64,000 bases of DNA from Camelus dromedarius (GCF_036321535.1 NC_087437.1:58282001-58346000); one strand, 5' to 3'; shown: positions 13,735 through 27,402, counted from the first letter of the stretch. The notes: generated from the sequence alone by a model not told the origin. A program made the numbers and translations.

Positions 13735-14530
13735 TGAAAGAAAGCTAAGGAAGTGCTCAAAGAATGATGGGGACACACCAAAAGGACCCAGAGTGTCAAA
13801 ATAAGCAATATTGATAGTAAAGGATTATAAGGCACATTATATACACATCAACTATGATCAACAAATGAATCAACTGAAAGTGTGGGGAAGAAGAGGATAT
13901 TTACATAGTTTCAAGTTACCTCTCCATAAAATGCCTTTTAATTACGAAGGGGAAGAGAGTAACTTTGCAGTGGATAAGTCTGGCGGACTTTAATCCAGTG
14001 ATCAATGTGAACATCATTAGTAATGGAACAAATTGAAGGTCATGTGCTACCTGATTACATGCATGAGAACACAGCATCAGTCCTGAGATATTCCTGCCAG
14101 AGATGGGTAACCTAGATCTAGTGCAGAAACATCAGGAAACATAAATCGAGGGGTATTCTACCAAATACCTAGGCTGTGATCGTCAAAAGCTGCAGAGCCA
14201 TGAAACTTCAAATAAAAATATTTAAAGAGACATGCACTGTGTGATGTTTTGCTAGAGAGGACATTATTGTGACAATTGGTGAAATTTGAATGGAGCCTGA
14301 GGATGAAATGGTAGCAATTTTTCAAGGTTAATTTCCTGATTTTAATGGTTGTGCTGTGGTCATTGGGAAGAATTGTCTTGTTTTTCAAAAATATGGCACT
14401 ATTTAAGTATTGGGGGGTTAAGAAGTATTATGTCCGCAACATATTCTCAAATAATTTAAAAGGGGAAAAGTTTTTGTACGATACTTGCAATCCTTCTGTA
14501 GGTCTGAGATTATTTCAAAATTAAAAGAAA
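13735..14530 (+). mobile_element. Old LINE-1 (L1MC/MD-like) 3' fragment
   Basis: ggacattattgtgacaattggtgaaatttgaatgg; ttaatttcctgattttaatggttgtgctgtggt; ttctgtaggtctgagattatttcaaaa. Confidence 0.75.
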
Positions 14531-16440
14531 TTCTAATCTAATGCAATGATTTATATAGTCCTTTCAGATAATGTTCTACTTTGAGGTAAAATGCCTTACC
14601 TGCCTCTCCTTTCATCCTGCTTCTCTAAGATTCTCTGGTTGTGAACCACGATGTTGTACACCTGAAGCTTACATAATATTGTAAATTAACCACACCTCAA
14701 TTTTTTTTTAAAAAAGTATGTCTAACAAAAAAAAAAAAAAGAAAGAAAGAAATAAGAAAAGAAGAAGATTGGGAGTTTGAGATGCTCGTGTGAGTGAAGA
14801 AAAGGGTACTATGTGCTAACCTGATAGGGAGGGAGGCAGAAAAATCAGCAGATCCGCTTGGTTTCCTTGTACCATCTGCTGTTCCTCTAGTTTCTGAAGC
14901 ATTGTCTCTTGTCACCGGTTGTGGTTAACATCTACCAACAACTGGTATTTCTCTCTGGACATGGTTAAGCCAAGTGATGCTCCCTGGCTGCCTCAACCTT
15001 ATCTTAGCTCTCGCTTACATTTTAGACCCTTCTGAGTCTCCGCTACATCCTCCCTCTGGCCTCCTGAAACAACCAGTTCAGCCCAGACTTTACCGTGGAG
15101 TTTCCCCTCCCCTTGCTATATGGCCCTGGCGCAAGTCATCTGCCTCAAAAATCAGTCAGTCCTGAGACTTCCCTCTAGGATGTAATGTAGGTCTACATCT
15201 GTATGAGCCTCTGGCCTCATGGGCTTCTTCAGATCATCTAAAAAAGCTTAGTATTTAAACCCAGAAATAATGTAGTGTATTCTAAATGAGGATTTAAAGC
15301 TGCTGAGGGAAGCTGAATACCAAGGCCCCTCTACTTAATTGTGTTGCTAAGTTTATTTTGACATGGTTGGTATGTGGAATTCAGCCCAACAGGGGATCTC
15401 TTTCCAGAGTCTTAAATGGGAATGGACAGTGTTTGCTCTCTCTCAGGCTTCATCAGACCTTATCTACCGTAGCTCCTCTCTGCAGGCTGAACCCCAGAGC
15501 TGAGAAGTCTGCCCACTACTCCCAGCTGTCTCTTGTTCCATATACCTCCCTTTCTCTACCGTCTCTCTGGCCCAAGAAGAGCAGACTTCCCTCCAGGACA
15601 CACCTCCTGCCTTTCCATTCCTGCCACCAGGTGAGCCACTCCTGTTGGGCCAGTCTTTCGTCCACGAGACCACTCCCAGGCTTAGTCGTTAGACCCTTGT
15701 CTTGGTGTAGAGCTTAACTCCCTGCCTTCAGGCAGTTAATTGAAACTTGATCTAAAACACTTAAAGTGGCAAAGGAAAAATACCAGAAGATCTAATTGTC
15801 TCATATGGTATTTGTTGTGATTCTCTTATTCCTGGGTGTAAAATTCTCTTTCTTTAGGACTTAGGGAAACCAATGATGCTGCTAGAGCCCAAAGCCTAGG
15901 TTGGCCGTGGTACAGTGAACAAAGTACAGGACCTGTGTTCTCTCCCTCTGCTGTCAATGAGCCATCTCTCTCTTGCAAGCTGGTTAACATCCCTGAGCTT
16001 GTCTTCCCTACTGGTTAAGTGGGAATATTAGAGAGAAAATTCTAAATTCACAAAATACTTTCCTCGATAGTCTCTTATTAAAAAGGCCAGTTAACTTGAA
16101 TAGACATGTAAATGCTGGCGTATGATGCAGTACAAAAAAAGGAGTTTGGTAACAGGAGGGTGGTGTCTGGTCCCCTCACTGTCACTAATGAATTTGGGGA
16201 CTTTAGACAATCACCTCCTGGGCCTTAGTTTCATCGTGTGTCAAATGAAAGTAACAGTACCCATCTGTGTCTATAAAGATACAACAGCACTAAGAGATTT
16301 AAATGAAATAAATTTTAAAAATGATTCAGTTGCTATATAAATATAACATTACATTTACCAGATTTTCTATAAAATTATTCTTAGAATCTGTGCATGGGAA
16401 TATTTTGTCTGTTGAAGACAGTTAAAAACAGGCCTATATA

Positions 16441-16890
16441 TCAGTGAGTTGGTTTCTCTGTTTCTGGTTTGTAAATAAGTTCATTTGTATCATTTTTTTA
16501 GATTCCATATATAAGTCATATCATATGATATTTGTCTTTCTCTGTCTGACTTACTTCACTTAGTATGATAATCTTTAAGTCCATCCATGTTGCTAAAAAT
16601 GGCACTATTTCATTGTTTTTTATGGCTGAGTTACCAAAGGGGAAAGTGGGGGTGGGTGGGGTGGGAGACAAATTAGGAGTTTGGGATTAGCAGATATAAA
16701 CTATCATATACAAAAACAGATGAACAGCAAGGTCCTACTGTATAGCACAGGGAGCCACATTCAGTATCCTGTAATAACCTATAATGAAAAAGAATATGGA
16801 AAAGAATATATACATGTGTGTATAACTGAATAACTATGCTGTACGCCAAAAACCAACACAACATTGTAAATCAACTATACTTCAATATAA
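16441..16890 (+). mobile_element. 5'-inverted (twin-primed) LINE-1 insertion with a 17-bp TSD
   Basis: 16441-16630 is antisense L1; 16631-16890 is the sense L1 3' end; TSD aaaaacaggcctatata (16424-16440) and aaaaacaggtctgtata (16891-16907). Confidence 0.88.
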
Positions 16891-19800
16891 AAAAACAGGT
16901 CTGTATAACTCAGATTAAAACCCTGGGGATGAACTCAGTCTTTTAATGAAGTCTGCCACAGAGCAAAGAGAATACAAGCACCATCCCAGGGGCTGTTTGA
17001 TGCCTGATTAAACAAAGGCTGGTCTATGAAAGCAGCAAGCAAAATATTCAGGCAGTGGGATGAATTGTGGTGGGAGGGGCAGTGGATGTAACCCCTATAG
17101 AGAATTAAGGAAATATATTAAAACCAACCTAAGCTGATCTACTTCTTATTATTACCATGTGCTAGTGATAGTAAACCATGTCAGCAATAAAATACCACCC
17201 CTTTCAGGATGGACCACGCTCTGCCCAGTCCTCCCTGACCCTGCCCTTGTTAGGTCACCGTGTCACTGTGTTCAGTAACAGAGACACAACTTCATTCCTA
17301 CAAGGACGATCTACAGGCTACAGGACACAACTCCTTTATATACACACATAAACACACACATACCTGTCTGAACTTCCTGACCCAAGAGCTAGAGGATCTT
17401 ACAAGATTTGTGAAAGACGCTTGTCTACAAAAGTTGGGGCCCTGCCCCACTCGTGAGCATCATCAGATGGAAAGATCAAATCTGGGGAGGTTGACATCTA
17501 CTAGAACTGGCTGTGATGGAAGCTGAAATTATGGGAAACTCCTTTTATCTGGGGGACTGTCTTTATCTATGACTTGCTCATGCTTTGTATTTTCGTTTTG
17601 AAATATTTTCTCTCATTGATTCTCACAAAGAATCTATTCTTTTTGACTCCCTATAGTTAGCCAGCCAGTTATAACTTGCCACTAACAGCCAAATTCTGAT
17701 TTTTATTCCGAGATCTAATTCCTATGTCTCTTCCATATCCAGCTTATAGGATTTTTTTTTTCAAAACTGCTCTGGGGGTTCTTTTAAGCCTGCAATTTTG
17801 AATATGCAAAATTCAAGTACAGAATCTCAACCTAAAACCGAAAACTTTATTACGGAAAGTAATTAAAAACTAGATAACTTAAAAAAGCATTTGTTGAAAG
17901 GAATAATATGTATTTGCAAGCTTATTGGGAATTTTCAGTTTACTTCCATTTGTTCGCTTACTATGTCTCTGTTCCTTGAACTCTATAAGCACACACTGAA
18001 GAGTTGTTTTAAGCGCTGTTTGCTAATTTCAGCGCCTTGGTCATCTTTAGGTCTGTTCCTGTTGACTACCACTCACCACCCTCTGTCATGGGCATAACTT
18101 TTCGGCTTTTTAAAAATAACTATCTAGTAATTTTTTAAATTATATGCTAGACTTCGGAAATGCTCCATTTTTAAGAGTCTGGTTGTTTTTCTTCCAGGAA
18201 GGAGTGTTGAGTTTTGTTATAGCAGGGACAATTGACTGCGAGGTCGGCAAGATCCCTTTGAGGCTCGATTTTAAGCTGTGTTAGGTGGGGTCTAGCCCAG
18301 CCGTTAGTGGGGAGCCTGGTCTCTCTGGCTCTCAGTGGAAAGTCCACAGTGTTCAACAAGGTCTCATCACTCGGGATGGTCGAGCTTTATAGCTCGGCAC
18401 TGTGGGAACTTCAAAACCTCCCGTGAGCTCACAGCTCCCTCGTATCCATTCTCTTCCAGACTCACCAAACTGCCCTGTGCGTAGGTGTTGTACTGGGGCA
18501 AAGCTAAGAGGACCACTGTGTGGATTTCCCGAGCTCCTCCTCTGTGTGACTCTCTCCTTCTGGTGCCCTGGTCCTTGTCATCATGGGGCTCACTTACTGT
18601 ACTTTTCTTTTCTTAGGAGTCAGATTCTTGAAATGTCTGTGGGTCCAATGTCTGAAAACAGTTACTTTATATACTCTGCCCACTTTTGTGTTTGTTTAAA
18701 GCACAAATCTAGACCTGTCAGTACCAGTAGCAAAGACTAGTTTGCTTGCTTTTACTTCTCTGTTTTCAATGTATTCATTATTTTTTAAACACTTCTTATT
18801 GATCTTTTAAAAAGTATTATCTGTGGCATTATTTTCCAAAATGTATCGCATGAAAAATTAAAAAGACTCTTTGTTAAAACAGCTTGGAAATGCATTTGTC
18901 TTGACAGCAGGACACCTCAGAGCCATTGAAAGCTAATATGGATTGTAAATTTTCAAGGGACTGTATTATTTGCATTTTTCAAATTCATTTGACCACAGAA
19001 TCCATTTTTAATAGATTGTCTTGTGGAAGTACTAGACAATGGACCCTTTTTGGGTAGTGCTGCTCTGTGGTTACTTGTTACTAATTTTATTAAAAATGTA
19101 TATGCCTAGTTAAAAAGCTAACCTGGTTATAACTATCTTCTAAATTCATTTTTAGATGAAAAGTAAACTTAGCTTCTTTTTCCACTCTCTAATACCCTTC
19201 CATCCAAAATGATTTTAGGAAGTCTTCAAGAAATCTATGGAGATATATGTGTCCATTTTATGTAGATTCCTAATGGTTACGTTTGCAGCTGGGTCTTGTC
19301 AATATTTTATGAATCATGGAAAAAGGAGAGTTTTACAGGGAGACGTGCAATTTTACATTATGAAAACAAGTATTTCATTTGACTTTATTTTTTTTTAAAG
19401 AAAAAGGCTTTTTTAAGATACTATAAAATAAAGTCAGTGCTTTTCATTCTATGAAGTTATCATCCTATTATGCTGTTTGATAAATGAAGTGTCACTAAAG
19501 ATGTGAGAATGATGAACTGTCAGCAGCTGTTGGATCTCTTCTTTACCATTAATAATTAAATGACTTGGAGTGTTTCCTATAGCGTGACCCCTCTCCTCCA
19601 AAACACCCACACGAAGATCTGGGTGCAGCTGCTCTGGTCGGGGGCAACTCCTAGCTGCTGCATGTCTCAGAGCTGCATGGAAACAGCAGAGGTAACAGAC
19701 ACGAGGACTATTGACTGAGGGAGGCTCAAGGTCCAGGGTGCAATCTGACTCTTCCATTAACATCTGCCAAGCAGTTCCCCTTTCTGGAACCTTGGTTTCC

Positions 19801-20879
19801 CCAACAGGACAATGAGTTCCGTGGACTAGAGGATTTCACAGTTTCCTTCTAGCTCTTGTATTCCTCGGATCTTGTTGAATGACACTCCATTGACAAAAAA
19901 GGATATCACTTCTAGAAAGCAGTCCCTCTGTGCCCAGGAGTAGGAGAGATGTGTTCTGAAAAACACGGGAAAATATGGCTTTCAAGCAATTTGTAGGTTC
20001 ATTTTAGCTTTTTGTCCACAAACAGAAAAATTCTGACCCCTCATTTTGGCCTTCCTAACTTAAAGAATTCCCCTAATCATAGTCAATTTGTCATCTGTCA
20101 AAAGCTCACACTTTAGTTCTTGTCAAGTGACAAAGGTGATGGCTTTTCTCCTGAAACTTTATTCTGTGGTAGCTTCCTACCGATAGCAGGAGATTATCAA
20201 GCAGGAGAGAGACTTTCTCCCCAAAGATACAATGGAATTTTGCAGAAAACCAGAACAAAAGGTTTTTAAATCCTTCAATGAAGCCAGGAGGGAAAAAAAA
20301 AAAAAGTCATTCTGGTTTTAGTTGCTAACAAAGGCAGAGAAAGAAGAAATCAGTTGCTATGTTACTTCTCCATTAATGAAGTTCAGCACAAAGTGAAAAA
20401 GAATTTCCTAATGCTGTTCTATATTATCTTCAATTGCATTATTGATTTAGATTAGAGCAGAAGAGAAGAATAAAAAATCAAAGCCTTTGTCTTCCCTGGA
20501 GCCTCAAGTGCATCTGATAGTGTATCTGTAGGAGTGTTATATACGGACACCGTGGGATGCTCTGTGTTCTCGTCCTGCCCGAGGGCCAGGTGAACCTGTA
20601 GAGCTGCAGGGCACAGTTCCTGGGCTGCACCCCCTGAAGCAGTGCATTTGCCCAGAGCTGCGGAGAGTCTTACCTGAGGGTGGTGCAGACCAGGAGACAG
20701 GCTCACAGGTGGAGAGGCAGTAGGAGGGTTAGGCCTGAAGGGCAAGGTGAGTCCATAAAACGGAAAGAGAGACTAGAAGTCTAATACAACGAAGATGAGC
20801 AACGGACTGCTTTCCCCTCGCTGGGTCATCGGGTTCAGCTTTCCCATTTTGGAATTTCATAGAGCAGAGCGACTGAGCG

Positions 20880-21070
20880 CTGACTGTGGCAAAGACAGCC
20901 ACCCACTATTTGAACTGGGACAAGTTGCTTAATTCCTCTGAACTTCAGTTCCTGCCTCTGTAAGATGAGGATAATAAGCTTAATAAAAACAAAAAGGCGA
21001 GGATAATAATCTTAACTTTAGGGTGATGATGAGTATTAAATGAATGAATGCAAATAAAGCTCTTCCCACC
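20880..21070 (+). mobile_element. MIR SINE fragment
   Basis: gacaagttgcttaattcctctgaacttcagttcctgcctctgtaagatgaggataataa...attaaatgaatgaatgcaaataaagc. Confidence 0.75.
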
Positions 21071-21512
21071 TGATCTGTCAAAGTGAAACGTCAGAACTAC
21101 TGCAGTTGCATCCTACTGCCCTCCAGCTTTGTCTGCTCCCAGCCATCCTTGGTAGCTACTGGATTATAAGCTCCAAGAGGGCACCCATCACATCCTTCAG
21201 GTTCATGGTTGTATGTTCAGCCTAGCAGAGTACCTGACACATGGTAGGCACTTCATGAATAATTGCTAAATAAATAAGTGAATAAACAAATGAAAGAATT
21301 TCTGATCAGTGCTTCTGGACAGCCTGCCTCGATCTCTTTGAGAGAAGGTCATGCAACTGCCAAACACTAGGGCATCCCAAGGTGAAGGGCTCTGACCTGC
21401 GTGGTTTGGCCAGGGACTCTGACACAAGCCTGATCATTCATATCATATGACTCTGATTCTGTAGGCAAAGGTATTTGCTTTTTTATTGCAGTTTCCAGCA
21501 TTTTGGTCCAAG

Positions 21513-21514
<2 letters not shown>

Positions 21515-21544
<30 letters not shown>
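21515..21544. repeat. poly(T) tract, about 30 nt
   Basis: Read directly. Confidence 0.9.
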
Positions 21545-21547
<3 letters not shown>

Positions 21548-22629
21548 GTGTGTGGGAGTGTAACATGAATCCCTCTTTGGTATTTTCACATTAGCATTTT
21601 TAAATTCATTGGTACTGGGCCAACAGAGAAGTAATATCACTTTTTGTCCTCTCTCCCACAGAATTCCCCGAAGGGAGCAATTACACGAGGCACTTCACTT
21701 CATCTGCTCATCTACAATGGAGAGTATGTATACACAGACAACTCATTATTCTGACACACACTTTCCACGCTGAGACTCAGCCACTCAAAATCTGCTTTCA
21801 AGCCCTGCCCATGGAATGACTAACACATTTTAGCATATCTCTGGTGGGATCTCACTTCACATGCAGGGAAAACAGGGAAAAGATGGATGAATAGAAGAAG
21901 GCATGTCAGTGGTGGTACAAGCAGCAGGCTTGGGAGTTGATGACTGTGCTGGGGGAGGATGACACAGAGGATCAGAGAGGACTCAGACAAATGAAGGAGG
22001 TGGGTGGGAAGGCAGCCTGTCACCAGCAGGCCCCCACAGCTTCGTGTTCATGCTTATTACAGGATGCACCACATTTTACGCTATTTTTCTTCTTCTGAAA
22101 GTTGTTCCCTACCACTGTATTGTAGACTTGATGATATAGACACTGTCTTATTCCAAAAGTCTGATAGAGACTCTGGCATATAATAATTCTTAAAAATTTT
22201 GAATGGGTGATTGGCTTAGTGGATGAAAGGATGGATGGATGACCAGAATGCAAGAGAGAAGGGAGAAAAGTGGGAGGTTTTTAATAGGAGCTGTCCAAGC
22301 ATCTAGTGCCCATAGCAGTTCCCAAGGTGGACCCCAGGAGCAGAGTTTCCTTGGGTTCGAACTGAGGGAGCCTCTCCCCTAAGAAGGAGAGGATGGAGGG
22401 AGGCGTAATTTTCAGTCAGAAGGCTGGGTTCAGGGTGATAGAGAAAAGTCCAAAGGTATCAGTACTTGGGAACCAGAATCAACATCTAGATTTGGAACTG
22501 GAAGCAGAAGCTTGGAAAAAAGTGGACAACAGTTCAGGGTACCTACTGAAAATAGATATTGCCATCTAGTTAGATTTGATATGTCTTTATTAGGAGGGCT
22601 TACGAGAGGACTGGCCAGTTCAAGTGTAG

Positions 22630-22935
22630 CAGCCAATTACCCTGCCAACCGGTTGGCAATTAAAAACATAAGCTTTGTATTTGAAGAGGGGTGAGGATGA
22701 AGTCTGAATACTGCCTCCACAGAGCTCTTTCCTACAAAAGGTAGGCCACTGGGAACATGAGTTGACTGTATTTGGAAGGTGCAAGGGATAGAGACTTCCT
22801 CGTGGCTTCAGGGTTCAATAGGAGTATGGTGAGGCCTTGGAGTGTATCTCTTTTTGGAGAAGGGGAAACACACAGTGGTTGGTTTTGCCCTCATACTTGG
22901 GGTACCAGACACCACTGTGTAGCCAGCCTGAATAT
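22630..22935 (-). mobile_element. Decayed ERV pol (RNase H) remnant
   Basis: Minus-strand translation gives QAGYTVVSGTPSMRAKP (from 22930 down), LHLP and ANRLA, resembling gamma-like retroviral RNase H motifs AGYAVV..EA.PL, L.LP and GNRLAD in the correct order, with stops and frameshifts. Confidence 0.5.
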
Positions 22936-23089
22936 ATGAAGCTCAGGGGCAGGAGTTAACACATTAAGCTAAGAGGGAGAAAGCCATTCAGCCTATGATA
23001 GGAATGCTGAGGGTTTTAAATTTCAGAATCAGAGATGGCTTTCTGAGAATAAAACTTCTACTGTAGGAAAAATACCAGTATCTTATTTA

Positions 23090-23410
23090 GTGATGTTTAG
23101 GGTAGATAGGATTTGTTTTGATCATATATGCTGAGACACATAGACGTGGAAGTGATTGTCATGAAAGAGGAAGTTTGTTATAGTCACAGATCCCTAGAAA
23201 CAGGAGGAACAGCATGACACTAAGGGGGGACCACGTGGAGAAGCACCAGGGTCGATCAGGAGGCAGGGAGAGAGAGAGAGAAAATGCGAGTAAGACTCTT
23301 CATTGTGGTTTTTGTGGGATGGAATAGGTCCATCAGGGTAGTAAGGCTTAGAGTGGGCTAGTTTGAATAACTTCAGCAAGCTCCAGGGTCACCAGTTGTC
23401 TGGTTCCTGG
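23090..23410. mobile_element. ERV LTR fragment (family uncertain)
   Basis: LTR-like text gaggaagtttgttatagtcacagatccctagaaacaggagg...gggctagtttgaataacttcagc; recalled similarity only. Confidence 0.5.
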
Positions 23411-23411
23411 C

Positions 23412-23567
23412 TGTGATAGTTTTCTGTACCTATTTGGCTGAGCTATGGGGCCCAGATATTCAGTCTAACATTGTTCTGATGTTTCTGTGGCAGTGTTTTT
23501 TGGATGAGATGAATATTTACATCAGCGGGCTTTGAGTAAAGCAGACTGCCCTCCATAATAAGGGTGC
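23412..23567 (+). mobile_element. MLT2-like (ERVL) LTR 5' fragment
   Basis: tgtgatagttttctgtacctatttggctgagctatggggcccagatatt...ctttgagtaaagcagactgccctccataat. Confidence 0.75.
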
Positions 23568-24140
23568 CAGAGGAAATTAATCTGGTAAACAACTAGCCAC
23601 CTCTGGTCCGAGAGATTAGACCAAGCAGTATAAAAGTCAAATTATAGGACCTGTAGATAAATTAGATAAAAGGCAGTGCCTTTTAAAGGTGTTCCCTTTT
23701 CTCATTGCTGGTAGAGCCTCCCCGCCCACCTGGTTCACTCCTGCTCAGGTTACAACCTGACGACACCACGGGTGGCACTACTGCCACTGTCCTCTCTGTG
23801 CTGAGTTCCTCTTGCTCGTTGAGAAGAAGTTGGTCTCAGTCTGGATGAACTTGGTGCTGAGGGAGTCACTCGTGATCTTTTAGATCTACTTAAGGATGCT
23901 GTTAAGTTGAGAGAATTCAGCATAGGTTTGAGGAAACAAAGAAATACAGCCTACTGGAGCACTAAGTCCAGGAAAGGACTCTGGGCATGGTCATCAGCAC
24001 ATGGAATTGACAGGCAACACGCAGATCAGAAGCCTAGTGTTTTAGAAACACATTGCTAAAAAACTATAATCCTGGCCTTAAAAACTCTTGACTGTAAGAA
24101 TCTTTGTGCCTCCAACTTCCCAGAAGGTAGAGCTAGGGGC

Positions 24141-24200
24141 CAAAAAAACAAAAACAAAAAAAACAAAAAAAACCAAACAACAACAAAAAAAAAACAAAAA
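24141..24200 (+). repeat. (CAAAA)n-like A-rich simple repeat
   Basis: caaaaaaacaaaaacaaaaaaaacaaaaaaaaccaaacaacaacaaaaaaaaaacaaaaa. Confidence 0.85.
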
Positions 24201-26454
24201 CAGAACAGCAGACTAGGGAGTTTCTCCCAGTTCAAGGTTTATTAAGAATTTTTTCCACTGTAGAATAAGAGTTCTTCACAAGACCCATTCCTTAGTATCC
24301 CATCCTTGCCATGAACCACTGCCTCCTGAGTTGGCCATACTTCCTTATCCTGAAGGGGAGCTTTCATTTAGAAGCCCTGCATCCAGGCCTGTCCCTGTAT
24401 GGTGGGCTAGGGGTTAGAGTGGCATGAAATTGTTTTGTCTATAATCCCAACCACAAGGTACCATGTCCAGAATGGATGGAAAGGACCACATATCTCCAAG
24501 AGATCCTGGCCTTAGAGTTAGATGGTAAGATGGAACTTTGGACTGTCTTGCTTTGGGAGGAAGGCAAGTGGAACTTTGGGAAACAGATGGGTAGAGAAGA
24601 TTTAGGAAGTTTTGCTCTATACTGATTCATTCAAATCTCCTTTGTCTCTTCTTCAAGTCTTCAGCAAACATTTGGATATTTTTCAAAACTTTCAGAGACA
24701 GATTTGTTTTTTATTTTTCTTTTTCCTTCAGACAGAGATAGGTTTTAGGGCAGAACAGGTGGTTGAGATATAACTGGGTTGCACACGCAACACATTCCTT
24801 TGGCTAAATAAGCACAACATAGGAAAGATGCCAATAGTTAATCAACCTTTTAAAAAGAGTGTCATGCTTTAATCATTTACAATGAAACCTTGACCCTGAG
24901 TCCTGATAGTAGCTGATTTTCCCATTTTCTGTTTCCATGAAGGAGTCCAGTTTGGTCAGCATATACATAGGTTATTACTATTTATTTTTAACTCCAGGGT
25001 ATTTATGTCATGAGCTGCAAAGCCAAAGAAAGCCACAGTGTTCTCACAGAAAATGCGTGCTTTTCTTCCTCCACTGTGGGGATGGGGTGACCCACAGTTG
25101 CACTGGCTTAATCATGCCTGCACCTGGCAATCAATCAGTCTTCTGGAGACTGCATCCCATTAAGCATCAGCACAAAAAGGACTCTGGCCAAGCAGACACA
25201 GGGGCAGAAAATGCAATTGCAGTCTCTGACAGTGCTTGAACATAGATTATGCCAAATCTTTGCCCGTTGTCCCTGGGTATGAAACACTCATAGAAAAGCT
25301 GCAGAATGAGGCTCTGGCATCCTTCAGAACAAAACCTCCATGTTTTTTTCATTATACAATTTATCCTCAGCGAGTATGTGGGACACAAAACCACAGCTCT
25401 ATGTTTCCCGGAGGAGCTATAATATGATGTGAGAGGTGTACTCCAAGTGGAAAGTTCAGTGACAAAGAATTGTTGGCCCTTAATGTTTCCACCCATGGGT
25501 GAGAATTTTGTAAATATTCTCCATGAATTTAACCCTCTCCTCCACTTAACTCTTCAACTGCCTACCTCATTTTGTTCCCTCCCGAAAAGAGTTCATTTAA
25601 GCCCTGGTCAGACTGAAATATATCATTCCTGGAAATCACAAAATCACAGAATTCTGGGATAGGAAAATTCCTTGAGTGATTTTGTTTCATAGCCTTGTTT
25701 TAAGTAGAGGAAAACTAAGCCCAGGAATGGCAAAGAGATTTATCTAGGCACAAACAGCTGGTAAAAATCAGACTCAGGATTAGAACCCCAGGCTCTTGTC
25801 TCCTGGTTGAGAGCATTCCTCATATTTATAAAAGTTTTTCCATTTGCATTGAGATTCCTAAATGTTGATAGACACTTTATCAGCTGAATCCAGTAGGTAG
25901 TCAACTACAATTCTAAATTTTAATGCTGCTGAAAAGACACCACAGAGGCAACCTCAGTGCTGTATTTGAGGAGAAACAGATAGTGCTTCTTGAGTTCATT
26001 TATGAATTGCATCCTTTACACTCATAGACCTTCCTCAAACAGAGATTTGCTGCCTCATAATCTGGAGTGAGAAGTATTGGTTTGTCCAAAGAAGGAATTT
26101 ATCCTGGAGAGATGGGAGTTAGCAATTGTAGAGCTACACAGAAGTGATGGTTGTATGAAAACGATTAAGATTGATAATTAATTATTCAATTGGTTAATTA
26201 ATTCATTCTTCATTCATTTCATATGTGTATATTAATGCTGTGATGTTTGTAAAATACTGTGTGCTAAGGTTCATGGAGACACAAAGGTAAGTAAGTCCAT
26301 GTCTACCGTGAATGAGCTGGCTTCTGGTCACTTAAGGAGCATTAAGTAATGGCTATCCAACAAGGTATTTTGATTCTGTAGGAGTGGAGAACACTCAGAT
26401 GTTTCTGGAGGAATATGTTAGCTGTCACATTTTTCCTATATATCCATTTTTAAA

Positions 26455-27402
26455 AATAGCCTTTATTGAGGTGTGATTGACATACAGTAAAACTCATACA
26501 TTTAAAGGGAATAATTTGATACATTTTGACATAGATAGACATCCATGGAAACACCACCACAGTCAAGTCAAGATGATGAACATATCCACAACTCAGCAAG
26601 ATTTACTAGTGCCCTTAGTAATCCCCTCCTCCCACTCCTCCGTGCCTCCACTCCCCAGCCCCCAGGAAAATGAGGACTGCTCTCTGCCATGAAAGATAAG
26701 GTGCACTCCCTATGATTTATATAAATGTTATCAACAAACTCTTTTTTGTTTTCCTTTTTTCACTCTGCATAATTATCTTGAGATCCATCTACATTGTTGT
26801 GTGTATCAACAGTTCACTCCTTTTTATTAGAAAGTAATATTGCATTGAATATATATATTTATATGTAAATAGATAATATATAAAATAATAAATGTATAAA
26901 TATATAAAAACATGTACTACAAATACTTACTACCTATATATAATTTATAAATACTTATTTATAAATAATTAAAATATTATCTATACGTATAAGATGATGA
27001 ACATAATCTTAAATAAGTATTATATATAAATAAATATATATACTCTATTTGCTGACCATATATATATGTATGTATACCACGATTAGTTTGCCCATTCATC
27101 TGTAGTTGGAAATTTGGGTGGTTTCCAGTTTCTGGCTGTTATGAATAAAACTAGGAAGTTCATGTGCAAGTCTTTATTTATGTAGACATACACTTTCATT
27201 TATCTTGAGTGGATAAAAGGGAGTAGAATGGCTGGATCATATGGTGGGTGGATGTTTAACTTTTGAAGAAGCTGCCATACTGTTTTCAAGAATGGCTATA
27301 CCATTTTGCATTCTTATCAGCAATGAATGAGAGTTCCAGTTGCTCCACATCCTTGCCAATACTTGGTATGGTCATTCTTTTAAATTTCAGCCATTCCAAA
27401 AG
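26455..27402 (-). mobile_element. Older LINE-1 3' fragment with an internal AT-rich low-complexity tract (about 26848-27075)
   Basis: ctttattgaggtgtgattgacatacagtaaa; gagtagaatggctggatcatatggt; gagttccagttgctccacatccttgccaatacttgg. Confidence 0.85.

Noticed and set aside
26848..27075. AT-rich tract as a possible origin or regulatory element
   Set aside because: Degenerate (TA)n expansion inside an L1 3' region, a common feature.
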